From Deltaproteobacteria bacterium (GTDB taxonomy: Bacteria > Myxococcota_A > Polyangia > Fen-1088): 64,000 bases of DNA. Below, in pieces: positions 1 to 8,250 of this stretch (positions within the stretch are counted from its first letter, which is position 1; every line of letters begins with the position of its first letter). The notes under the pieces were generated by a model. That model did not search any database. It was not told where the DNA came from and worked only from the letters and a program-made list of their open reading frames with translations. The stretch spans positions 64,001 through 128,000 of the forward strand of contig JANRKS010000009.1 in the NCBI GenBank assembly GCA_033763315.1, given 5' to 3'. The position numbers and the translations under genes were made by a program.

Positions 1-108
1 GTGGTCAGCGCTCCCAGCGACAAACTCGGCCCGCGCATTGGCCAGCTAAGCGACGACGTAATGACAGAAGTCAGCCGGCGGTTGGCCTTTTGGCTGGGCT
101 TTTCATGA
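1..108 (+). CDS. 3' end of PemK/MazF-family toxin (partial, window edge)
   Basis: Frame 1 reads VVSAPSDKLGPRIGQLSDDVMTEVSRRLAFWLGFS*, matching the typical MazF/PemK C-terminus (K-L-G-x-x-I-G-x-L...V-x-R-x-L-x-x-x-L-G). Confidence 0.7.
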   Translation: MVSAPSDKLGPRIGQLSDDVMTEVSRRLAFWLGFS

Positions 109-222
109 CTGTGGTTCATCGTCTTCTGAAACCGAAGCGCAGGGCGGCTTAAAGTACGCGCAGCTTTGAACGGGCTGCGGTGGATACTTGTTCGGGTGAA
201 CGGGGCACAAGATGAACGTGCT

Positions 223-242
223 GGTTTGTGTGTGCACAAACC
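223..242. terminator. Perfect 8-bp hairpin between convergent genes (possible terminator)
   Basis: GGTTTGTG-TGTG-CACAAACC; no U-tract. Confidence 0.25.
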
Positions 243-295
243 GCGGACCGACGGCACAGCGGTGACACAAGCTGGTGGCCCAGGGCAACGCGCGT

Positions 296-643
296 TCAGA
301 AGACATATGCGTCCAACATGTACGCGATTGCCAATCCGGTGGCGGTGCCCACGACGTCCCATGTGAGATCACGCCACGAAGCATCGCCGGGTCCACCCAG
401 ATCTAAGAGCTCTTTGCCCACACCCGCCGTCAACGCCAAAGCGGCGCCTGTGCCGAACCGCCAACGAAGATCGGTGGTCGTGGATGAGGCTGCGGCATAA
501 CCGGTCAATGAAAGCCCCGCCGACACGCTGCCATGCAAGTATTTATCGTGAGCGAACCATGGATCGGAATCGGCGGCTTGCACGCGTGGGGTGGCAGCGA
601 TCGGCATCAACAGCGCTGCTGCACAGGCCACGGCCGCTTTCAT
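296..643 (-). CDS. YfiM/DUF2279-like small exported membrane protein
   Basis: Signal peptide then DPWFAHDKYLH...GVGKELLD...ASWRDLTWDVVG; start ATG overlaps the upstream stop (ATGA). Confidence 0.7.
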   Translation of the reverse strand: MKAAVACAAALLMPIAATPRVQAADSDPWFAHDKYLHGSVSAGLSLTGYAAASSTTTDLRWRFGTGAALALTAGVGKELLDLGGPGDASWRDLTWDVVGTATGLAIAYMLDAYVF

Positions 644-1611
644 GCCTGCGTCTGCCCCGCGTTGATCACTTCGCGAATCACGTACGTCGCCTTGGCTTGC
701 GACTCGTGGTACGTGCGGATCTGCAGCTCTGCCAAGATGCCCAACATCACAGCCTGACCGCCCACCAGGAACAAGAACACGGCCACGCCAAACAGCGGGT
801 TCTTGTGCACCCACACGTGCTCGTGGTGAAAGAACTTTTGATAAAGCGTGAACATCGCCGCCAACGTTCCTGCGCCACACAACAGCGCGCCCAGCGTGCC
901 GAAGAAATACAGCGGCTTCGTGCCGTAGGAGCCCAGAAACTTCACCATCAGAAGGTCCAGCACAACCTTAAACGTGCGCAGCAAACCATACTTTGATTTA
1001 CCCTCAAGCCGCGGATGATGCGCCACTTCAAGTTCGGTGACGCGCGCCCCCTGCCAGTGCGCATAGATCGGAATGAACCGATGCATTTCGCCGTAAAGTC
1101 GCACGGGGGTTAGAACCTCACGGCGGTAAGCCTTCAGCGTGCAACCATAGTCATGCAGCCGCACTCCCGACACGCGCCCAATCAACCAATTGGCCAGCCA
1201 AGAGGGAAGTTTGCGGGTCCACAGTTTGTCTTTGCGAAAGCGCCGCCAACCTGAAACGACGTCAAAGCCTTCGTCAAGCTTCGCAAGGAGGCGAGGGATG
1301 TCCGCTGGGTCGTTTTGCATGTCCGCGTCCATGGGGATGATCACATCGCCGGTGGCGTGTGCGAAGCCCGCGGACATGGCCGCCGTTTGGCCGAAGTTGC
1401 GGCGCAGAATGATGATGCGCAACCAGGGGCGCGTGGCAGCTGCGGACTTTAGGGCATCGACGGAGCCATCGGAGGAGCCGTCGTCGATGATGATGATTTC
1501 GGGGTCGTGGCCTTGCGTGCGCAGCGAGGCCACGGCGTCGTCCAAGGCGGTGGCCAAACGGGGAATGGTTTGGACTTCGTTAAAGCAAGGGATGACGACG
1601 GAGAGGCGCAT
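640..1611 (-). CDS. GT2 polyprenyl-phosphate glycosyltransferase (ArnC/GtrB/DPM-synthase-like)
   Basis: VVIPCFNE, DDGSSD, RNFGQTAA, DADMQNDP, HRFIP motifs and two C-terminal TM helices. Confidence 0.92.
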   Translation of the reverse strand: MRLSVVIPCFNEVQTIPRLATALDDAVASLRTQGHDPEIIIIDDGSSDGSVDALKSAAATRPWLRIIILRRNFGQTAAMSAGFAHATGDVIIPMDADMQNDPADIPRLLAKLDEGFDVVSGWRRFRKDKLWTRKLPSWLANWLIGRVSGVRLHDYGCTLKAYRREVLTPVRLYGEMHRFIPIYAHWQGARVTELEVAHHPRLEGKSKYGLLRTFKVVLDLLMVKFLGSYGTKPLYFFGTLGALLCGAGTLAAMFTLYQKFFHHEHVWVHKNPLFGVAVFLFLVGGQAVMLGILAELQIRTYHESQAKATYVIREVINAGQTQA

Positions 1612-1719
1612 GGGGGTGCTCGTGACGCTAATCCTATGGAGGGGGAGGCGTCAAAGACCTGGACTAAATTGAAAGCGCCACAATGGCCACACTAGACTTT
1701 CTAAGTACCGCACCCTGCC

Positions 1720-1887
1720 GTCTAAGTACGAATTGTTTACTGCGTTCACCGCAGCGGTCGCCTCCTCGAGATCGCTTGTCGGTTTCGTGATCAACTAATG
1801 CATTTGCTGCGTAATGCGCAGCTCTTCATCGCTGTAACCTGACATCACCTTCGCCATCATGGGGATTGGCAGATCGCGCAAAGGCGC
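1720..1887 (-). pseudogene. Possible decayed response-regulator receiver C-terminal fragment
   Basis: Reads APLRDLPIPMMAKVMSGYSDEELRITQQMH*LITKPTSDLEE, resembling receiver beta4 to the KP motif, with an internal stop. Confidence 0.25.
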
Positions 1888-2023
1888 TCACGTTGCCGTG
1901 AGAATTAGGGATGGAACCATCTTTGGTGGCGGAGGTTTGAGGAAGTGGCAGCAGCTCATCGGCTGCGATAAACTACTGCCCGTTCGTTATTGATAGTCTG
2001 GGTGTTGATTGGTCAGACGGGTC

Positions 2024-2854
2024 TCAATTACAAGTGGTGGGATACCTGGTGAGATGATACGTCGCAGTGGAACCGGCGGTTATGAATACAGTCTTGCACG
2101 AGCTATAAGGCCCGCGCAATTCCTTGACGCCGGGTGAGATACTGTTGAAAAAACCATTGTGCTGCTGTCGGTAAACTACTGACCCCCCGACGACTTTGTA
2201 AATTAGCATCGGGTGGGGGACGATCGGGTATTCCGTGTTGTCCACAAACCTGAAGGCTTCTCCGAATTTAATCACCGGCGTGGGGCCGTCATCATAGGCA
2301 AGGAATACGGATAGATTGCCCTTACCCGATGCTGGAGTTACGTTGGGAGTTGTTGTCGAGGGATAGAAAAGCTGATAGCTGCTGAAAGTAAGTTCCGACC
2401 CTCCGTACGGCACATGGCAAGCGCCGCCGAGAAGTTTTCCGGGATGAATTCCACGAGGAAGGCCTCCGGAAACGACCGTGGCTCGGCATACGTGAAGGTT
2501 GTTGCCGTTTTCTATGCCTCCAATTAGCGAGTTATTCAGCCCATTAGGGCCCCAAGTCCCAACTCCCTCTAGGATCTGGTAGCTGGAAAAGCTGAGTTCC
2601 CCGCCGCCCCACCCGATATTGCACACGCGTGAGGCCTGTACGAGTTTTCCAGGGTGCCACACGCCATCCTTGAGCGCCCTGCAAACCCACAGTTGATTCT
2701 GCGGATTGCCATTGTTGTATTCAAAGCCGCCTAGCGTGTGCTCCCCGCGCGGCGACTTGGTGGAATCCCAGCTGTACCAGGACGCCTCAGCCGTCCTGGT
2801 GTAACTCACGGCCATAAACGCAAAAATAGCCAAACTCAGGTGTGTTCTTTTCAT
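2024..2854 (-). CDS. Secreted DM9-repeat (DUF3421) protein with unknown C-terminal domain
   Basis: Signal peptide (AEA|S); two repeats L(W/H)VCRA...HPGKL...C(N/H)(I/V)x(W/Y)GG.EL.FSSYQ; Thr/Pro linker; lower GC than the core. Confidence 0.8.
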   Translation of the reverse strand: MKRTHLSLAIFAFMAVSYTRTAEASWYSWDSTKSPRGEHTLGGFEYNNGNPQNQLWVCRALKDGVWHPGKLVQASRVCNIGWGGGELSFSSYQILEGVGTWGPNGLNNSLIGGIENGNNLHVCRATVVSGGLPRGIHPGKLLGGACHVPYGGSELTFSSYQLFYPSTTTPNVTPASGKGNLSVFLAYDDGPTPVIKFGEAFRFVDNTEYPIVPHPMLIYKVVGGSVVYRQQHNGFFNSISPGVKELRGPYSSCKTVFITAGSTATYHLTRYPTTCN

Positions 2855-3470
2855 TTGTCTGTGTCCTCAAAGTTAACATGGTTGATTGAACTACCGTCAT
2901 CGTTATTACCATGTGTGTGGCATTTTGCAATGGATCGCTAGTTCGCCGTATTAGGTTACATGCATTGCGTATTCATTCTTTTCCAAATTGGCCGCTTAAA
3001 CGCGGACCTGGCCCGGGGCTGGAAGGGCGCGAAGATGGCGAATGCAACAAGAAGGGCCGTGCGCCGTTTACCGACGATGGTTTCTCCCAGAGCTTGGCGT
3101 TGGTAATGGCCAAGGGGTCTGTGGCGATCGAGTGTGCAGAGTAGAGCGACGAAGGCGACTACAAGCCGACTGGCGCCGTCGAAATCCTGATTGCCAAGTC
3201 GCGCGCCGACTCCATGAGCGGGCTTTTGTGCGGCCTATGCGTGGCGAGTCGGATCCTCATCGCGAGGCTGCGCCGAGGATGCCCTTTAGGCGACTTCCCT
3301 GGTGTTACCGGTCGCCTTGGATGATGGTTTGCGATCCGGTTAGATGGTGGGCATCAAGGCTGCGCCAAGGGAATGGCAAACGCACGATGGCCATCGTAGC
3401 GAAGCCTGGTATTCGGCGTCGGCGGCGATTGCCATTGATCGAAACGCCACGGCAATGGCGCCTGCGGTTG

Positions 3471-3830
3471 TTACCCGACGGCGTCGCTTTCTGCCTCGAT
3501 GATGTGCGCTAGGGTGTCGCGTTCGACGAGTTTTTGCGGCGACGAGCGGCGCTTCTTAGGGCGGCGGTTGCCATCCTGGCGATTTCACGAAAGCCACCGT
3601 TGGTCGCCTCGTGCAGCATGGCAACGGCATCCGAGGTAAAGACTTCTCACTCGTAGCCGACACGGCCAAGCCGAAACGCAAGATAGGCAGCCGTGTCATC
3701 CGGGATGAGCGGATCGATTCGCAGTCTTCTGTGCAGCCGCGAACAGATCGAACGATTGCGCGGCATGCCGAGCCTGTCATGCAATTCAGGCAAGCCAACG
3801 AGGACGAGCGACAGAAGCGCGCGGCGCTTC
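3471..3830 (-). pseudogene. C-terminal half of ExeA/AAA_22-type transposition ATPase (Mu-like element)
   Basis: RALLSLVLVGLPELHDRL...RSICSRLHRRLRIDPLIPDDTAAYLAFRLGRVGYE*EVFTSDAVAMLHEATNGGFREI; one internal TGA; 5' part cut at the IS end at 3831. Confidence 0.75.
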
Positions 3831-3860
3831 TGACCTGCCCCGGTTCTCGGTACCAGTTGG

Positions 3861-4697
3861 TCAGTGAGTCCCGTCGATGCTGTATTGTCTGAATTTCTCG
3901 TTGGGGGTCAAGTAGTCTATAGCGCTGTGGGGTCGGTTCTCGTTGTAGTCCTTTCTGTACATCTCAATGATCACCGCAGCTTCGCGGCGATTGTGAAAGA
4001 CTTCCTGATTCAAACATTCTTCTCGAAGGCGGCCATTGAAGCTTTCGATGAAGCCATTCTGCCAAGGCTTCCCAGGCTGGATGTATGCAGTTTGAACGCC
4101 TGTGGCCGCTAACCACGCTTTGACTGCTTTGGCGATGAACTCTGGGCCGTTGTCGCTGCGGATGAACCGCGGTACTCCTCGTTCTGCGAAGAGCCTCGCC
4201 AAAACCGCAATGACATTCGAGGACTTCAAGGAGCCGCGGACCTCTGCAGCCAAACTTTGACGTGTGCACTCATCAGATATGGTGAGGCACTTGATCTTCT
4301 GCCCATTCATGCAGTTGTCGTGGACAAAATCGTAAGCCCATACATCGTTGGGCCTGGACGCAACGAGCTGTCGTGGGTCCTTCTTCGTCCCGCGCCGTTT
4401 CCTTCGTCTTCTCGGAACTTGCAGGCCCGCTTTTCGCCATAGTCGGTGAACTCGGTGCACGCCGAGAGTGAAGCCACCCCGACGCAGGTAATGCCGGGCC
4501 ATGCGGTACCCAAGCCGCGGATGCTTGTACGAGAAGTCGCGTAGACGCTTCAAGGGCTCTTCGTCGCGCCTGTCCATCTTGCTCTCGTAGCCAAGCCATG
4601 ATCGAGAAACGCCAACTAGCGCGCAAGCCCTTCGGCAAGAAAGGCCGCCGCTGCGCAGAAACCAAACCTGCGCGCGGCGGACTTGCGCGCTTACCAT
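3861..4697 (-). CDS. IS3 OrfB DDE transposase
   Basis: [40 protein letters not shown]. Confidence 0.95.
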   Translation of the reverse strand: MVSAQVRRAQVWFLRSGGLSCRRACALVGVSRSWLGYESKMDRRDEEPLKRLRDFSYKHPRLGYRMARHYLRRGGFTLGVHRVHRLWRKAGLQVPRRRRKRRGTKKDPRQLVASRPNDVWAYDFVHDNCMNGQKIKCLTISDECTRQSLAAEVRGSLKSSNVIAVLARLFAERGVPRFIRSDNGPEFIAKAVKAWLAATGVQTAYIQPGKPWQNGFIESFNGRLREECLNQEVFHNRREAAVIIEMYRKDYNENRPHSAIDYLTPNEKFRQYSIDGTH

Positions 4698-4960
4698 TTT
4701 TTTCGGTTCAGCTCCTGAAGAAGATCGTTTTCAAGCACCTTCTCGGCCAACATCTTCTTCAGCCTGGCGTTCTCACCCTCAAGGTGCCGCAGACGTTTGG
4801 CATCAGGCACATCCATGCCGCCAAACTTTGCCTTCCAGCGGTAGAACGTCTGCTCGCTGATGCCGTGCTTCTTGCAGATGTCTTTCTGCGGGGCTTTACC
4901 GAGTTCGGCCTCACGCAGGATCCGAACAATTTGCTCCTCTTTGAAGACTTTCCGTTTCAT
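4691..4960 (-). CDS. IS3 OrfA (HTH plus leucine zipper)
   Basis: [14 protein letters not shown]...[18 protein letters not shown]...[14 protein letters not shown]. Confidence 0.95.
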   Translation of the reverse strand: MKRKVFKEEQIVRILREAELGKAPQKDICKKHGISEQTFYRWKAKFGGMDVPDAKRLRHLEGENARLKKMLAEKVLENDLLQELNRKKW

Positions 4961-5064
4961 TGCCCTTTGTCTGCCATTCTGCGGCAGAACTCACTTCCCC
5001 GGTGGCCCTAAATTTCGGGGGCAGGTCACCGGTGACATGCCTGGTTTCTTCGGGCCAGCAGTTA

Positions 5065-5300
5065 CTAGACAGCGCCTTGGTCGGGGCGGCCATCCACTTC
5101 CAGCGTCCTCTCGATGAGTGCGGCGGAGGCCGCAAGATGCTCGATGCGAATTTCTCGCAGAAGCGCGCACTGCTCGGCCGTGAGCTTGCGCCACCGTCCT
5201 CGCTCGCCACGCGACTTGGGCCGAAGCGCTTGCACGCCGCCCCCTTTAGGCGCATAGAGCCAGCGTTCAAGCGTCGACACTGAATACTCCGATCGAATGC
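5065..5300 (-). pseudogene. N-terminal HTH fragment of Mu-like DDE transposase (likely partner of the ExeA remnant)
   Basis: YSVSTLERWLYAPKGGGVQALRPKSRGERGRWRKLTAEQCALLREIRIEHLAASAALIERTLEVDGR, then a premature stop. Confidence 0.65.
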
Positions 5301-5458
5301 CACCGATCGAGTTGGTCTCAGTTTTGGTGAGCGACGATCGCCCCGGCGTTGTCAGGGCGGCTCTCCGCCTCCTCCTCATCCCAGGATTCGGGCTACCCTC
5401 AGCTTCTATCGACCCGCTGCGACGGGCCTATGGCCGTGTCCTTTCATCACGGCACGGT

Positions 5459-5810
5459 TCAAAGCGCCTCGTGGCGCACGATGTCCCAGGACCAAACTTG
5501 CCCAGGCCCAGTCGCCAGTAGCTCTGGCTTGGAAAACACGGTTAAACGGCGCTGTCGCCGACGCTCACAAACCTCGTGATTCGCCGCCAAGATTCGATAC
5601 ATCGTGCACAACGAACACAAATACTTGCCTTCGTCGAGCAGCCGCGCAAACACCTCCGTCGGCGCCAGCGCTTGTTTAGGCCGCCTTTTTCTTGATGGCG
5701 GTCGCGCGGCACTGTCGCGATGGCGATAGAACGTGGCGCGCCAGGCCAATGGCTGCGTATGCGCCAACGATTGTCAACGCGGGTCCATGCTCCTTGAAGA
5801 CCGCAATCAT
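5459..5810 (-). pseudogene. IS3 OrfB N-terminal remnant
   Basis: RATFYR...APTEVFARLLDEGKYLCS..TMYRIL...KPELLATGPGQVWSWDI; frameshifted, internally deleted and truncated. Confidence 0.8.
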
Positions 5811-5855
5811 GGCTTGTCGCTCCCCAGCGGTCGTCCCAAGAGAGCCGCGACTTTC

Positions 5856-7232
5856 CTAAGAAACTTCCCCCTCCGAGCTTGGAACCAGTTGGAAGCCCAG
5901 ACTACCTGCGCGCCTGCGAAGATTGTCGAGGGTCCGTTGGCGAAATCTTTCTTCGTGGTAGTCGGCACCCGGATCGACGTGGGCCGCCCCATGCTTAAGC
6001 GTGTTGTAGAAGAGCACGGCAATCTTGCGGGCCGTCGCAGTGACTGCTTTCGACTTTCCGACGCGGGCTGCAAGCCTACGGAAAAAGGCGCCCAGCGCTG
6101 TTTGCGTTTTGCCCACTGAAAGCGCGCACATCCGAAGTAGCACGCCGGCGCGGTTCGAGGAGCGTCGGGTCCGCGAACTGAGCACCTTACCGCCGGATAT
6201 CTCGCTGCCCGGGGCGAGAGTGAGCCACGACGTGAAGGGCTTGGCCGTAGGCCAGCGGGTCATATCGGTGCCGGTGCCGCACTCCCCGACGAGGCGCAGT
6301 GCTGAATACGGTCCAAGTCCATGAATTTGAGTAAGATCGACACCTCCTTTGAGGGTGTAGACTGCGGACCGCACGTCAAAATCAGGCTCGTTTCTACCTG
6401 GAGACTTCCTCCGAGGCTGGGGCATAACTTCCTTAGGCAGTGCACTCCGTTCATTCAAAGCAGCCAGGCAGCATTCGACCTCGACGTCACAGTCGCGCAT
6501 CCTCGCCTGATAGAAGTCGTAAAATTCGACAGCCTGACGAAGCTCAAACATATGCTCGGGACGGAAGTTGCCGGTGAGCGCTTCGCTGATTGTCTGCACG
6601 GATGCCTTGCAGCGCGGGTCACGGAACTGTGCCAAGGTCGCAGGCTGTCTTTCTCCATCGATGATCGCGCGAATGAGCTTCATTCCCGTTACGCCCGTTA
6701 CGTCGCTCACGACGTGGTAGAGTTGAAGATTTATCTGCATGAGTGCTTTCTGGATGTGCTGGACATGCGAGGCCGCGTACTCCACTAGGCCATCGCGAGT
6801 ACGCAGGTATGCCCTCAACGCAGTGATCTTCTCGTGTGGGCGGAAACTCCCCCGAACCAACCCGTACGCATGCAGCTGCTGGATTCACTGGGCGTCGTTC
6901 ACGTCAGTCTTCCGCCCAGGAACATTTTTGGCATCGCGTGCATTGACCAGCACTACCTCGAACCCCCGAGCTTCTAGGATCTCGTAGATGGCAACCTAGT
7001 AGATGCTTGTCGACTCGATCGCGATGGTCGTGATGCCGAGGTCCTTGAGCCAGTCGCCTAGGCGATAAAGATCTCCTGTAAAGCTTCGGAATGTGCGAAC
7101 CGGCTGCTGATCTGCATCCCGCGGCACGGCCACCACGTGGAAAGTTGCCCCGATGTCGATTCCAGCGGCATGCCTATGGACAATCGGCAGCCCAGCTTCG
7201 TCCCCTCTTTTCGTCTTACCCTTCGTCGCCAT
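5856..7232 (-). pseudogene. IS110 DEDD transposase/recombinase with two nonsense codons
   Basis: AGIDIG, IAIEST, PGRKTDVNDAQ and ISGGK motifs; in-frame stops at two expected Trp positions (IY*VA at 6996-6998 and DAQ*IQQ); RBS AGGAGG upstream. Confidence 0.9.
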
Positions 7233-7259
7233 GATTCCCTCCTGTTTAGATGAGGAGAT

Positions 7260-7420
7260 GGAAAGCGAGGCTGCGCATTGAATCACTTTCCTAAACGGGA
7301 TCGCCCCGGAGCGTCACCACTTCCAAGCACGCAGCAGCCTCGGGACCATGTTTTTTTCGGGATCGTTGTCGTCACCAAAAAGTGTGCGGCCGCTCGTTCC
7401 AACTCAGGTCAATCGTACAC
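7260..7420 (-). ncRNA. Candidate IS110 bridge RNA in the left end
   Basis: Two copies of GGTGACG-N(4/8)-CGATCCCG (7358-7376, 7296-7318); 9-bp stem 7266-7274 with 7334-7342 encloses the second copy; location matches where IS110-group elements encode bridge RNA. Boundaries are approximate. Confidence 0.65.
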
Positions 7421-7455
7421 GAGTTTCTCGAACCACAGGCAGGAGCGCCGCTCCT

Positions 7456-7804
7456 TTTGTAGCGCAACCAGCGCCTCGGCATGCTCGGCGCGCGCAGTGG
7501 CTTTATGGAGCTGCTTCTCCAGCTCAGCGATCTTGCGGTTGCGTTCATCAACGACCTTGGCTTTGCGGCCCCTCTTCTTAGGGGCCAGCAGCTCGCCACG
7601 CTCCCGGGCTCGGCGCCAATCGACCAGCTGCGAGGAGAAAAGTCCCTCGCGCCGCAACTGCGCCCCAATCTCGCCAGACGCCTTACAGGCGTCGGCTTGC
7701 CGCACTATCTCAAGCTTGTATTGCGCCGTAAATCGGCGCCGTTTTACTTTGGCCGACACCTGCACATCGCGCAGCTTTTCGGTCCCATTGAGAACATTTT
7801 CCAT
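7456..7804 (-). pseudogene. IS3 OrfA, interrupted near its 3' end by IS110
   Basis: KRRRFTAQYKLEIVRQADAC..GEIGAQLRREGLFSSQLVDWRR...LVALQK. Confidence 0.85.
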
Positions 7805-7871
7805 GAGTCATCCAATCACCGCCCTGGTGTCTAAATTCCCGGTCAGTGCCTGTCTCATCCAACCTGGCACA

Positions 7872-8212
7872 GAGGTCCATCGGCATGCGCACATTGCCGA
7901 CCACCGCTGGCGAAGATCTGCTTGCATTAGTTATGAGGCGTTACGAGCGTGCCAGCACCCTATTTACTCGAATCGTCCCGTTGAAGATTTGGGGCCGTCT
8001 GCTTGGCGACACCGCCGCGGTGGCCGCGATGCTTGACCGACTTCTGCACCATGGCCACGTCCTAAAGTGTGGTCTCAGAAGCTGGCGAACAAAACACCAC
8101 ACAAATTTGCAGCCGGAGCCTGTCTCCGCTTGCATGACGATGTCCCGGCCACTTTTCCTTTGGCCGGTTTTGAAGTGAGCATCTTTGGCCGGTTTTGAGG
8201 TGATCATCGAGG
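7872..8212 (+). mobile_element. IS21-family remnant: istB C-terminus and right end
   Basis: GEDLLALVMRRYERAST..SNRPVED.G.LLGDTAAVAAMLDRLLHHGHVLKCG.RSWR with compensating frameshifts; subterminal repeats TGGCCGGTTTTGA(A/G)GTGA at 8161 and 8186. Confidence 0.8.
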
Positions 8213-8250
8213 CGGACGCCCCTTGCTTCGTGTAACCTGGGGCCGCGTTA

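Larger units (their letters stand above)
3831..5028 (-). mobile_element. IS3 family, IS407-group insertion sequence (apparently intact, 1198 bp)
   Basis: Terminal inverted repeats begin TGACCTGCCCC at both ends; orfA/orfB with an A7 window at 4697-4703; no target duplication (flanks CTTC and CCGG). Confidence 0.9.
5854..7455 (-). mobile_element. IS110-family element (~1.6 kb)
   Basis: DEDD recombinase gene whose stop lies at the element end; ~220-nt non-coding left end; 4-bp microhomology AGGA (plus-strand TCCT at 5854-5857 and 7452-7455) at both junctions; no long terminal inverted repeats. Confidence 0.88.
5459..7871 (-). mobile_element. Degraded second IS3-family element interrupted by an IS110
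   Basis: Left end TGTGCCAGGTTGGATGAGACA at 7871; orfA 7804-7456 continues as KVAALLGRPLGSDKP* at 5854-5807; orfB remnant follows and is truncated after VWSWDI. Confidence 0.8.

Noticed and set aside
6880-7000. Stop-codon recoding or an alternative genetic code suggested by two Trp-position stops in the IS110 gene
   Set aside because: One stop is TAG and the other TGA, both single G-to-A changes in a decayed IS cluster. TGA and TAG terminate normal genes throughout the window.
7278-8036. 252-aa plus-strand ORF
   Set aside because: Antisense shadow across the IS110 left end, IS3 orfA and the istB remnant, with no coherent protein.
8161-8210. Direct repeats as a CRISPR array
   Set aside because: Only two copies 25 bp apart with no spacer. 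They are typical IS21 subterminal repeats and there are no cas genes.
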